Origin: Escherichia phage 4E10
Reading direction: 5' to 3' (one strand)
Sequence record: OQ689735.1
DNA: 64,000 nt
The translations under genes were made by a program, and so were the position numbers. Positions 9,250 to 17,972 of this stretch are shown here, piece after piece (position 1 is the stretch's first letter; each line of letters begins with the position of its first letter). Under the pieces are notes generated by a model. The model was not told where the DNA came from and ran no database searches. It was given only the letters and a program-made list of their open reading frames with translations.

Positions 9250-10569
9250 TCACACATAAAACACATCATAACGACCACGGGTGACACCAACATAAAGAAG
9301 TTGTTGAGCCAATTCAGCATCTGCATAATGAATACAAGGCGTATAGATGAAAGCACGGTCTACAGACATACCCTGAGCTTTATGGAATGTTGATGCAGGA
9401 AGTGCTTTCACTTTACTAAACTGTGATTTAGCATCCCAAAAATCACTCCACGGAGCTTTTCCGCCTTTGTTCCAATTTTTATAAGTTTCTGCGGTTTTAC
9501 CTAAAAATAGGTTAAACTTATACAATTCTTCATCGGATGAAATTATTTTAATCTTTTCACGATAATATTCATCATCGCCGTAAGTTTCTACTGTTAAATC
9601 CCAATGACGAATTAAGTATTCTCCAGGAACACCACGAGCTTTAACAAACGTTGATGTATACTCTGCTTCTATAATACGAACTAACTGTCCGTTATTAAAA
9701 ATAATTTCTGACACAGGCTTTCCATCAATTTTATATGTTTTAATTAATGGTTCCTGCATTACAATAATTTCACCGACAATAAAATCTTTATCAGTTTCAA
9801 AAATCTTTTTACGAATAATGCTATTTAACTTATCAACAGATTTATTCGTAAATGCCATCACACGATTTTCAAACAAATCATCTAATGATTTAACAATTGA
9901 AAAATAATTTACCATAAAATCACGTAAAGCGGTATCACCAGTAAATCCACGTACTCCATGCCCGTCAACAACTTTATCATAAATCCACTTACCGTTACGA
10001 ACGTCAGTAGCTACATCAATAATAGGAGCATTACTGCGTTTAACTTCAGTGAGTTCACACTGATAAAAATCTTTATGTGTAAAGAATGGACTGATATAAG
10101 CAGTATTTTCTCCTGGGTCAACAGGTCTAATTTGCTTATTATCACCTATTCCAATTATAGTACACCAAGGTGGAATAGTTGAAAGCAAAATTTTAAATAG
10201 CTTTCTATCATACATTGACACTTCGTCGCAGATTAATACCCTGCATTTAGCTAAATCTGGTACTTCCTTCTGTTCAAAAAGAACGTTTTCTTCATACGTA
10301 ACTGGGTTAATTTTAAGAATACTGTGAATAGTACTCGCTTCTTTCCCCGACAGTTTTGAAAGAATCTTTTTAGCTGCATGTGTAGGAGCTGCCAAAATGA
10401 TACCAGTTTCGCCTGTTGATATTAAAGCTTCAATGATGAACTTAGTAAGAGTAGTCTTACCAGTACCAGCAGGTCCATTAATAGTTACATGGTGTTTCTT
10501 TTCTTTAATAGCCCTCATAACGATGTTAAAGGCATTTTTCTGGCCTTCTGTCAAATCATCAAATGTCAT
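9250..10569 (-). CDS. dda: Dda DNA helicase (SF1B)
   Basis: 439-aa ORF; Walker A GPAGTGKT; near-identical to T4 Dda as I recall it. Confidence 0.95.
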   Translation of the reverse strand: MTFDDLTEGQKNAFNIVMRAIKEKKHHVTINGPAGTGKTTLTKFIIEALISTGETGIILAAPTHAAKKILSKLSGKEASTIHSILKINPVTYEENVLFEQKEVPDLAKCRVLICDEVSMYDRKLFKILLSTIPPWCTIIGIGDNKQIRPVDPGENTAYISPFFTHKDFYQCELTEVKRSNAPIIDVATDVRNGKWIYDKVVDGHGVRGFTGDTALRDFMVNYFSIVKSLDDLFENRVMAFTNKSVDKLNSIIRKKIFETDKDFIVGEIIVMQEPLIKTYKIDGKPVSEIIFNNGQLVRIIEAEYTSTFVKARGVPGEYLIRHWDLTVETYGDDEYYREKIKIISSDEELYKFNLFLGKTAETYKNWNKGGKAPWSDFWDAKSQFSKVKALPASTFHKAQGMSVDRAFIYTPCIHYADAELAQQLLYVGVTRGRYDVFYV

Positions 10570-10877
10570 CGGAAAGTCCCTGCAATTGGAATACTAACAA
10601 TACGCCCAGTATCTAGAATTCGTTGATATAATCTTTGTGTATCTACATCAGGCTTAACATGTTTAACTTCTATTTTATTAAACCAAAACTTGCGTGGAGT
10701 CTCAACTAGTCTTGGAATTCCCATACCTAAAGCTAGTTTATATTGGTCTTTGAGAGTAGTAAAAACTCTATCAGCAATCTCTCTTTCAAAAAATACAGCA
10801 GGACGATGTTCATCAAGCGGAACTGGCGCCGTAAATCCGTCTTTGTCTCGGTAAACTATCGCATATACATAAACCAT
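10566..10877 (-). CDS. hypothetical protein (dda.1 position)
   Basis: 103-aa ORF overlapping dda start. Confidence 0.5.
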   Translation of the reverse strand: MVYVYAIVYRDKDGFTAPVPLDEHRPAVFFEREIADRVFTTLKDQYKLALGMGIPRLVETPRKFWFNKIEVKHVKPDVDTQRLYQRILDTGRIVSIPIAGTFR

Positions 10878-10878
10878 A

Positions 10879-11625
10879 TTATCCTCGGATAAGTTTAAAA
10901 ATTGAACAATTTAGCGGATATCCTCTTTTCAGTTTAAGTTTATCAATAAAAGACAAGTTTTGATACCGCTCTACACCTTGAATAATTTTATCACACATAT
11001 CATATTGCATTTCTGCTTCTGACAACTTTTTCACAATTTTCCAATCCGAGCCTTTAAGAAGAACGTTCAGTTTAACAACTTCAGCGCCTTCTGCTATGCG
11101 AGAACCATCAATACGAGCTTTAAGCGCTATAATTCTTAGCTTAATGTCAGAGGTCTGTTTTGATTTAGAAAGCTGAGAAATGTGTTCAATTCGGTTTTCA
11201 CGTTTTTTCTGTATAGCTTTAATTTGATTATAAGTCTTTTTGATTTTAGCCCATTTCTTTTCATCTAAATTTAGTTTATGAACTTTTTTCGCAGATGAAC
11301 GACCAATTCGCAGAGCAAATAAATCACGCTTTTCAATCAACTCTTCTAAAGTATAATCAGAACGAAATGTATTATACTTTTTCTTTACTGCAATAACATT
11401 CCCTTTAATGTATCCAACGTTATTATCAAAACGTTCTAATGATAATTTCTCTCCTTCAATACGATTATCAAAAGGTTCTCCTGAATAGGCACAAACTTTT
11501 TGATCTAAAATATTCTTAATGTAATTGAAGTCTAAGTTAAAATCTTTAGAACGTCTTTTTGCAGATGCCTGAGTATGCTCTAGACGACGTTTAATTTTAC
11601 GAATTTGATTATTAGACAGCTTCAT
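10879..11625 (-). CDS. srd: Srd-like protein
   Basis: 248-aa basic ORF at the T4 srd position; synteny and size only. Confidence 0.5.
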   Translation of the reverse strand: MKLSNNQIRKIKRRLEHTQASAKRRSKDFNLDFNYIKNILDQKVCAYSGEPFDNRIEGEKLSLERFDNNVGYIKGNVIAVKKKYNTFRSDYTLEELIEKRDLFALRIGRSSAKKVHKLNLDEKKWAKIKKTYNQIKAIQKKRENRIEHISQLSKSKQTSDIKLRIIALKARIDGSRIAEGAEVVKLNVLLKGSDWKIVKKLSEAEMQYDMCDKIIQGVERYQNLSFIDKLKLKRGYPLNCSIFKLIRG

Positions 11626-11661
11626 ATTTTTCTCACATCTTACGGATGGTTAACTACTTAT

Positions 11662-11690
11662 ACTATAACATTTTACTTCAGCTTGTAAAC
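11662..11690 (-). promoter_or_regulatory. T4-type early promoter
   Basis: GTTTAC, 17 bp, TATAGT on minus strand upstream of srd. Confidence 0.5.
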
Positions 11691-11702
11691 AACTTTATGA
11701 AA

Positions 11703-11729
11703 AATGCTTTAAAACTTTCATGGTATAAT
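11703..11729 (+). promoter_or_regulatory. candidate MotA-dependent middle promoter on the plus strand
   Basis: Plus strand reads AAATGCTTTA, 12 bp, TATAAT; perfect middle-promoter geometry pointing into the 3-prime end of modA. Confidence 0.35.
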
Positions 11730-11746
11730 GAATCTAAGTCCTTCCA

Positions 11747-12349
11747 TTATAGATTAAATCCTTCAAAATCAAGAGTATAGACAGTGTATGTTGAATACTT
11801 TTTATACTCGTATCTATCCGCAATTCTAAATACACTTCCAGCTGGTATCATTACTTCTTGTTCATCTGAAACTAATTCCATATTACGATAACGGTGGCTA
11901 TCTGGAAACTTAAAACTTGGGCTATATTCTTTACAACGTAAAGCTTTTATAGCATACTCCTGGAAATTAAATACCATAGGAGCTTTGAATTCAAAAATAA
12001 CTTGTGTATTGTATTCTAATCCAGAAGCAAAATGTAGAGCTATATTTTTATCATATGAAGCTGATACTACTTTATCAAATGTAATAATATCAATTCCTTG
12101 ATTTAACACCTGTTTAGTCTCAACTGGAACACCTCTCCAAAGAGGTTTATCGTTTGGAACCAAACGAGATTTGATTATTTCATTTAACCAAGAATGATCG
12201 TCTGGCTTATTAGTAATACAATGAATTAAAAGTTCAATTTCGGATAAATTAAATCCTTCAGAAAGTAATTCTTCACGAATAGAAGCACGCACAGATGCAT
12301 CCATTGATTTGATTTTAAAATCTTTTAATTGCATTGCTGAATATTTCAT
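11747..12349 (-). CDS. modA: ADP-ribosyltransferase ModA
   Basis: 200-aa ORF; ART-like R / S-x-S / E-x-E elements; size and order match T4 modA. Confidence 0.7.
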   Translation of the reverse strand: MKYSAMQLKDFKIKSMDASVRASIREELLSEGFNLSEIELLIHCITNKPDDHSWLNEIIKSRLVPNDKPLWRGVPVETKQVLNQGIDIITFDKVVSASYDKNIALHFASGLEYNTQVIFEFKAPMVFNFQEYAIKALRCKEYSPSFKFPDSHRYRNMELVSDEQEVMIPAGSVFRIADRYEYKKYSTYTVYTLDFEGFNL

Positions 12350-12969
12350 TCAACTACCTCAATATCATACACTTTAAATGTTCCAAATGAATCGTGTAAT
12401 TTTTCTTTTGAAATAGAAGTTATTTTATACTTTCCAATTGGAATCATCCATTCTTGTTCATGTGCAATCATCATTAAGTTATCAGTACGTTCTGAATCTA
12501 ATCCATCAGTATCTTCATATGTATACTTAAACTCAGTATTAGGAGAAGAAAGTATAATATCGCTGATATGGTCAGAGTAATTAAAAGCTTTATCAGTTTT
12601 TAAGCGAAGTATTGTGTCAGTGAAATATTCAGCATAAGAAAAAGAACACGCTGTATGCAAACTAGTAGTAAATGAATCTACCCTGTTCGTTGAAAACACA
12701 TCTCCAACCTGTAAATTTTCTATTATTTCTTTTGTTGTTTTTGATATACCACGATATAATTGATAAGGCGATTTAGTTAAATGCTTTTTAATGATTTTAT
12801 TCAACTGTCTGTGAAGAGCTTCATTCTTTTTGGCTTCCATACATTGCCAAAGAATTGATTGTTCAAAATCAGTAAACTTTTCACAAACCTTTTTATACAT
12901 ATCATGTTGAAAATCAACGCTTTCAGCTTTTATAGATAACTGTTCAACATCTGCAAGATTAATAATCAT
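12346..12969 (-). CDS. modB: ADP-ribosyltransferase ModB
   Basis: 207-aa ORF, paralog of adjacent modA (YRGIS, HEQEWMIP). Confidence 0.7.
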   Translation of the reverse strand: MIINLADVEQLSIKAESVDFQHDMYKKVCEKFTDFEQSILWQCMEAKKNEALHRQLNKIIKKHLTKSPYQLYRGISKTTKEIIENLQVGDVFSTNRVDSFTTSLHTACSFSYAEYFTDTILRLKTDKAFNYSDHISDIILSSPNTEFKYTYEDTDGLDSERTDNLMMIAHEQEWMIPIGKYKITSISKEKLHDSFGTFKVYDIEVVE

Positions 12970-13036
12970 GATAGCCTCCGTATACTTCAGAAGCTATCAT
13001 ATCATTGTTAGAAAGGAAAGTAAACAACTTTTTGAA

Positions 13037-13219
13037 TTATTTTGCCCAGGGAGCCCAAGGCGGAGGGTCAAGATGGTATGAAGCCAGTTCTTCTAGAAGA
13101 GCATCTGGGGCTTCAATTCCATAATTCTGTAATACTATACGGTATTCTTTCTTATAATCACTAGAATCATTCTGGATATTCGTAGAATGATTATCTTCTA
13201 ACATCTCAAATAAATCCAT
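13037..13219 (-). CDS. hypothetical protein
   Basis: 60-aa ORF. Confidence 0.45.
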   Translation of the reverse strand: MDLFEMLEDNHSTNIQNDSSDYKKEYRIVLQNYGIEAPDALLEELASYHLDPPPWAPWAK

Positions 13220-13227
13220 ACTAATTC

Positions 13228-13698
13228 CTAGCGATAAAAACCAAATTGACGATTAGCTTCAATAATCTTTCTTTCTTCTTCGGACATTCTCCAGCGTAGT
13301 CCAACATCAAAATGAGCCCAGACCATCTTAACAAATGCATTTATATCTTTAATATCTTCAATAATGAATGTTTTACTTTTAGAAGGTTGACTCGCTAATT
13401 TAACTTTATCGTCTTCAAACATGTCAAAAAGACCATATTCATGAGCTCTTTTATAGCCTTTAATAGTTAAAGCTTCGGAAGAAGAAAACGGTGAATCAGT
13501 ATTCTGCAAAATATCTTCAGTATGCTTTATAATTAGAATAACATTTTCTGGATATTTTCTTTCTTTTATATCTTTAATTAAACTATCTGGATTTTCTGCT
13601 AAAGGAATAATTAATGAGCATTTTTTATCAAGTGTATTTACTGATTTACCTTCTTTAGACATAAATTCTATTGAATAATGTTTTGCTACTTCAATCAT
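13228..13698 (-). CDS. hypothetical protein
   Basis: 156-aa ORF. Confidence 0.5.
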   Translation of the reverse strand: MIEVAKHYSIEFMSKEGKSVNTLDKKCSLIIPLAENPDSLIKDIKERKYPENVILIIKHTEDILQNTDSPFSSSEALTIKGYKRAHEYGLFDMFEDDKVKLASQPSKSKTFIIEDIKDINAFVKMVWAHFDVGLRWRMSEEERKIIEANRQFGFYR

Positions 13699-13855
13699 GT
13701 GATTTCCTTTTGCCTACTAATGGACCGTCAGGAACTTTGTTTTCCTGAATGTATTTCTCATTTTCTTCCATCATTTTACTGCCAATTTTAAGAAGCAAAT
13801 CTAAGGCTTCATTTGCTTTAGCCTTTGCCTCTTCTAACGTCATATCTTTGGTCAT
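13691..13855 (-). CDS. small hypothetical protein
   Basis: 54-aa ORF below track cutoff ([21 protein letters not shown]...); start and stop overlap neighbours. Confidence 0.4.
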   Translation of the reverse strand: MTKDMTLEEAKAKANEALDLLLKIGSKMMEENEKYIQENKVPDGPLVGKRKSHD

Positions 13856-14055
13856 GATTTATCACCATAGATGTCTCTCATCAATTTAAGCGCTGAGCGT
13901 TCTAATTTCTTTTCTTTCTCGGCACTAATCATTGATTTCATCCATTCTTCTGATTCGTTCTGCATTTCTTTATTTGCCTGTTCAACCCAACCATCGTCAA
14001 TATACATTGAGTTTGGTCTATTGAACCATTCAAGAATCTTCTTGAGAGCTTTCAT
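13852..14055 (-). CDS. small hypothetical protein (T4 srh position)
   Basis: 67-aa ORF. Confidence 0.45.
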   Translation of the reverse strand: MKALKKILEWFNRPNSMYIDDGWVEQANKEMQNESEEWMKSMISAEKEKKLERSALKLMRDIYGDKS

Positions 14056-14527
14056 TTATTTTACCTAAAACAATAGTATGGACACCGTCAAATTTATGAA
14101 TTTTTAGCAAATTAGGATTTAAATTATTCCATAAAGAGGTAATAAAATATGATAGCGCACTTTCGTCCGTAATTATAAATTTATTTCCCTTATCAATTTT
14201 CCAGTCATATATTGAATCATATGAATAGAAGGATAACGGTTTATTATTATAGTATGCTTCAGCAACATCAATATAGTTAGATTTAGTAAATGCTTGAATT
14301 GACATAAATGGAGAATTTTGTACAGTTTCAATAATTCCGATCTTTTTGAGTTTTATTTCAACATCTTCTGGAACTGGCATTGAAATAAAATCTTCTACTA
14401 GATACATGTTATTGTCATATCTTTTATCAATCATTACTGCTACGGTAATTGGAACATCCTTGACAAACGCCATACTAATACTATTGATAGACATTTCAAA
14501 CAAAATTGCTTCCATAATTTTCCTCAA
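14030..14527 (-). CDS. hypothetical protein (T4 mrh region)
   Basis: 165-aa ORF. Confidence 0.45.
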   Translation of the reverse strand: MRKIMEAILFEMSINSISMAFVKDVPITVAVMIDKRYDNNMYLVEDFISMPVPEDVEIKLKKIGIIETVQNSPFMSIQAFTKSNYIDVAEAYYNNKPLSFYSYDSIYDWKIDKGNKFIITDESALSYFITSLWNNLNPNLLKIHKFDGVHTIVLGKINESSQEDS

Positions 14528-14865
14528 TCACAAGATGTAGATGAACAACTAGAATCACAAGAACTTCCACATGAATCACCTGCCCATACATGAACAGGAA
14601 CATTAGTATCATATGAATCAGAACTAGACTGTGTATTCTGTGCATTAGATGATGTAGTAGGTACTGGCCAGCGCCAAGGATTTTTATAATATTCTTGGGC
14701 TTCTTCATAAGTCATAGTAACTGCTTCTACTGTTCCATCTCCCATATAAACATACTCAACTACAGTTAAAGGAAGGTAGTCATTTGAAATAGGAACTACG
14801 CCTTCTCCGGGAGTTGTAGAGAAAAAATCTGTAAAGAAATTTTTAAACCAATTAAAGATAAACAT
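14524..14865 (-). CDS. hypothetical protein with Cys/Ser-rich C-terminal tail
   Basis: 113-aa ORF; hydrophobic N-terminus; tail [16 protein letters not shown]. Confidence 0.5.
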   Translation of the reverse strand: MFIFNWFKNFFTDFFSTTPGEGVVPISNDYLPLTVVEYVYMGDGTVEAVTMTYEEAQEYYKNPWRWPVPTTSSNAQNTQSSSDSYDTNVPVHVWAGDSCGSSCDSSCSSTSCD

Positions 14866-15071
14866 TACAAAAAGCCTCTTTTGAATTCGACCTGCTTCTC
14901 ACCATAATCATATCGAATCTCTGCGTTAAATTCAACAGAACCATCTGCGTACATCATAAATGAATGCACAACAACTTCTGTAGACCATGGTTGCAATTCA
15001 TATTTCTTCATTACATGCCGTGAAATGATAATATCTAAATCTTCATTTGGTTTAATCCAACGATTTAACAT
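14865..15071 (-). CDS. small hypothetical protein
   Basis: 68-aa ORF with GGAG before the ATG. Confidence 0.5.
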   Translation of the reverse strand: MLNRWIKPNEDLDIIISRHVMKKYELQPWSTEVVVHSFMMYADGSVEFNAEIRYDYGEKQVEFKRGFL

Positions 15072-15097
15072 AGTGCTCTCCTCTATAAGATAATTCT

Positions 15098-15127
15098 ATT
15101 ATACCATACTCATTTTGGAAAGTAAAC
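15098..15127 (-). promoter_or_regulatory. T4-type early promoter
   Basis: GTTTAC, 18 bp, TATAAT on minus strand, just downstream of the soc terminator. Confidence 0.55.
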
Positions 15128-15141
15128 CGGTAAAATGAAAA

Positions 15142-15163
15142 AAGGACTCCCGAAGGAGTCCTT
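15142..15163 (-). terminator. hairpin terminator (AAGGACTCC-CGAA-GGAGTCCTT)
   Basis: Perfect 9-bp stem with tetraloop after soc stop. Confidence 0.55.
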
Positions 15164-15169
15164 GAATTA

Positions 15170-15406
15170 TTAACCACCTATTTCTGTGGGCGTAAACATC
15201 GCAGCATTCTTAGTTTTCCAGTCAGCTGCATCAGAAACTACAGTAGAATATGCCGCCTTTTCAGAAGGAAAGGTCTGATAATGAGAATCTGCAATACGAT
15301 GCTCGTTAGAATAAATTTCAAACGGAACAGAAACTTCCATACCTTTAACTTCTTTGCCTTCACCTGCTGGATGAGTAAAGGTCTTGATGTTAACGAAACC
15401 ACCCAT
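15170..15406 (-). CDS. soc: small outer capsid protein Soc
   Basis: 78-aa ORF; matches T4-like Soc (VNIKTF...HYQTFPSEKAAYSTV). Confidence 0.8.
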   Translation of the reverse strand: MGGFVNIKTFTHPAGEGKEVKGMEVSVPFEIYSNEHRIADSHYQTFPSEKAAYSTVVSDAADWKTKNAAMFTPTEIGG

Positions 15407-15447
15407 AATAAACTCCTTTATTGTTTAATTACAAGTGTATTTATAAC

Positions 15448-15588
15448 TTACAATTTAGCGGCTTTCCAGAGTTGTTCAATAATCTCTTGGTCTATTTCTT
15501 TAGTTATTTCATTACGTAATAAAGCAGTAAGGGCTTTCGCCCTTTTCTTATTCAACTTTTTGAGTTGACGCTTATTTAAACGAGCCAT
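15448..15588 (-). CDS. small basic hypothetical protein
   Basis: 46-aa ORF below cutoff (MARLNKRQLKKLNKKRAKAL...); ATG overlaps gene 56 stop (TAATG). Confidence 0.4.
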   Translation of the reverse strand: MARLNKRQLKKLNKKRAKALTALLRNEITKEIDQEIIEQLWKAAKL

Positions 15589-16106
15589 TAATAACCTCGG
15601 TCTTGACGAGCGAAATTTTCAGCATTTTTCAAGTAATAAAGTTTAAAGATTTCTTCAGCTGTAAGACCAAGACCCTGGAACATATTCAGAACGAAATGAA
15701 GAATATCAATCATTTCAAATTTAATTTCTAACTGGTCTTGCGGAGACAAATCAGTAATCAGAGTTTCACGACGTTCACCATGCTGCGACTTCCAAGGTTT
15801 CCATACAGCAGATGCGTCTTTTTCACCATTACTCATACCACCAAGAGAAGTCAGAAGTTCACGGAATTCATCATCAATATAATCTTTCTGATTGCGTAGC
15901 CAATCAACAACTTCACCGGCAGTAGCCAAGTCATCAGGATGACGATTATATTCAGGTTTATCTTTAGCTAAACGAATCTGCAGAGATTTCTGCATGTCAA
16001 GCATTACCTGCAGCGGGTCTTTTTCATCACCGAGAATATCCCAGTATTCATTTTGAGCTTTATCAGCGCCTTCGATCAGTTGACTACATTCGTTGAAATG
16101 CGGCAT
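15588..16106 (-). CDS. 56: dCTP pyrophosphatase (MazG-like)
   Basis: 172-aa ORF; matches T4 gp56 in size, position and sequence. Confidence 0.85.
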   Translation of the reverse strand: MPHFNECSQLIEGADKAQNEYWDILGDEKDPLQVMLDMQKSLQIRLAKDKPEYNRHPDDLATAGEVVDWLRNQKDYIDDEFRELLTSLGGMSNGEKDASAVWKPWKSQHGERRETLITDLSPQDQLEIKFEMIDILHFVLNMFQGLGLTAEEIFKLYYLKNAENFARQDRGY

Positions 16107-16179
16107 GTTATTTTTCCTTTCAATTCATGGGTTAGTAGATTAATTATACAATAAATATATAAAGCAATAAGGAGGACAT

Positions 16180-16236
16180 ATGGTACAAAAATTAATGGCA
16201 CTTGTTAATGCCATCAAAAGTAATAAAAACGTATAG
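16180..16236 (+). CDS. plus-strand mini-ORF (18 aa) with strong RBS
   Basis: AAGGAGG 5 nt before ATG; MVQKLMALVNAIKSNKNV. Confidence 0.3.
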   Translation: MVQKLMALVNAIKSNKNV

Positions 16237-16253
16237 CTTTTACTATTTCTGCT

Positions 16254-16379
16254 ATGGTAGGAATTTTACTCTGGAACTTTATTTTATCACCAATTGCAAT
16301 TGCACATGGTGTTAATATTCCAGTAGTTACTCTTGATACATTTGTAGATTTAGCATTTGCTTTAGTTGGGTTAATTTAA
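16254..16379 (+). CDS. plus-strand mini-ORF (41 aa), hydrophobic peptide
   Basis: MVGILLWNFILSPIAIAHGVNIPVVTLDTFVDLAFALVGLI; stop overlaps gene 61 stop convergently. Confidence 0.3.
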   Translation: MVGILLWNFILSPIAIAHGVNIPVVTLDTFVDLAFALVGLI

Positions 16380-17404
16380 ATCTTAGCATATTTAGATAGC
16401 CGCATTTTAGCCATTAACCCCTGGGCAATATTATTTTTCATATATTCCATAATTTGTTCAGGGGTTGCACCTTCCTTTCTAATCATATCATTAACATCTT
16501 TTGATTTCCAGGGAGATTTATCCCAAAACATAACCCTTTCTCCTGCATCAACTAATTTAGTCATTCGCTTGATAGTGTCAGGGTGACGAGGTTCATTATC
16601 TAAAACCCACACTCGTCTATCTTTAAATGGAACAACTTCTAGGTCTAATTGACCACCCGTAATAGCTATACCATTTTCAATGAAAAGGGAATCGATAGGT
16701 CCTTCTAGAACATATACATCGCCATCTTTAACTCGTTCAACTCCATAGATTTTTGTTGCCTCAGGATAAGCTTTAATGGTGATATATTTTTGAGGAGCAT
16801 CTTTCTTTAATGCGCGTCCTTGAAAAGACTCAGCCTTTCCATTAGCATTATAAATTGGAATAACAAGACGAGGCTCAGAAATTTCCTTTTTGTATGTTCC
16901 CGGTGCGATGCTATTAACTAATTTAGGCCATTCGGTTGTAAACCAAAGATATTTCCATTTATCCTTTGGAATACAACGAGCTTTTACATATTTTATAATT
17001 GGATGGTCTTCCGCCAGTTTATCTAATCTAACACATGACGGAAGAGATTTAATTATTTTCTTCTCAGGTTGTTTAGGAAGTTCTTTAGGTTTTTCTACTG
17101 GACGACTTTTACCTTTTTCTTTTCTTATTTCAAAGATATACTCACGATATAAATCAGGTTCAAACTCCTTTAAATATATTCCGATTGGTGCATGATAGTT
17201 ACAGTTATAACAATGAATATTTCCTTCATTATTATCACCATAATACCATCCACGAGCTTTATTCTGGTCGGTTTTTGAATCTCCGCAAACAGGGCATCTA
17301 AACCGCAATTTAAAAGTTGAACTATTATTTACTTGTGTGAATTTAGGTAAATGAGCCAATGCACGATACGCAAACTCATTATCAATCCAAGGTATTGATG
17401 ACAT
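16376..17404 (-). CDS. 61: DNA primase
   Basis: 342-aa ORF; zinc ribbon CPVCGD...CYNC plus TOPRIM region; matches T4 gp61. Confidence 0.9.
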   Translation of the reverse strand: MSSIPWIDNEFAYRALAHLPKFTQVNNSSTFKLRFRCPVCGDSKTDQNKARGWYYGDNNEGNIHCYNCNYHAPIGIYLKEFEPDLYREYIFEIRKEKGKSRPVEKPKELPKQPEKKIIKSLPSCVRLDKLAEDHPIIKYVKARCIPKDKWKYLWFTTEWPKLVNSIAPGTYKKEISEPRLVIPIYNANGKAESFQGRALKKDAPQKYITIKAYPEATKIYGVERVKDGDVYVLEGPIDSLFIENGIAITGGQLDLEVVPFKDRRVWVLDNEPRHPDTIKRMTKLVDAGERVMFWDKSPWKSKDVNDMIRKEGATPEQIMEYMKNNIAQGLMAKMRLSKYAKI

Positions 17405-17406
17405 TT

Positions 17407-17571
17407 TTACTCTTCTTTTTCTTTAGATTCCTCTTTTTTCTTTTTAGGAATCTGTTCAGGACCTTTATTTACTACAGCACCTGACGTTGTTCCAGTAGAG
17501 ATATTTTCAGGACTACTACCTGAATCTCCAGCGACCATATCTTCTTTGATAAATTCTTTATATGTTTTCAT
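17407..17571 (-). CDS. mini-ORF with internal-protein-like N-terminus
   Basis: 54-aa ORF below cutoff; N-terminus MKTYKEFIKED resembles the IP capsid-targeting sequence MKTYQEFIAE; low-complexity tail. Confidence 0.4.
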   Translation of the reverse strand: MKTYKEFIKEDMVAGDSGSSPENISTGTTSGAVVNKGPEQIPKKKKEESKEKEE

Positions 17572-17614
17572 ATTAACCTCTATTCATAAAAGCATTAAAA
17601 ATTTGGTCATCAAT
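17569..17614. repeat. 46-bp direct repeat, copy 1
   Basis: 43/46 identical to 17927..17972; spans the 61.1 stop and next-gene RBS/ATG. Confidence 0.7.
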
Positions 17615-17929
17615 CGATGGAATAGCAACTTTTTCTGCATCATTTAGCAAATCATTAATTTCATCAGATAGCATAACACATGTACCTTTATTTCCTGTAA
17701 TTGTTACTGCACAATTACGAACGTTTTCTTTATTAAATTTTAGGTTAATATTTTCGTAATGAAAATCCTTTAATGCTGAATATATTTTTAAAATAAAATT
17801 GTCTTTTACTACAATAAACCCAACCTCACTATTAAAACATGGTTCATGGAAACTGTAATAAACCTTTTCATCTATAAAATCGTATGAAATTTTTTCCATT
17901 TTTAAATATGAAAATTCAGAACTATACAT
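17573..17929 (-). CDS. hypothetical protein (T4 61.1 position)
   Basis: 118-aa ORF; C-terminal tail SIDDQIFNAFMNRG shared with next gene. Confidence 0.55.
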   Translation of the reverse strand: MYSSEFSYLKMEKISYDFIDEKVYYSFHEPCFNSEVGFIVVKDNFILKIYSALKDFHYENINLKFNKENVRNCAVTITGNKGTCVMLSDEINDLLNDAEKVAIPSIDDQIFNAFMNRG

Positions 17930-17972
17930 ATTAACCTTTATTCATAAAAGCATTAAAAATTTGATCGTCAAT
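17927..17972. repeat. 46-bp direct repeat, copy 2
   Basis: Near-identical to 17569..17614. Confidence 0.7.

Noticed and set aside
16150-16170. T4 late promoter upstream of the plus-strand mini-ORFs
   Set aside because: Sequence TATATAAA is not the strict TATAAATA late consensus, so the transcription signal for these ORFs is unresolved.
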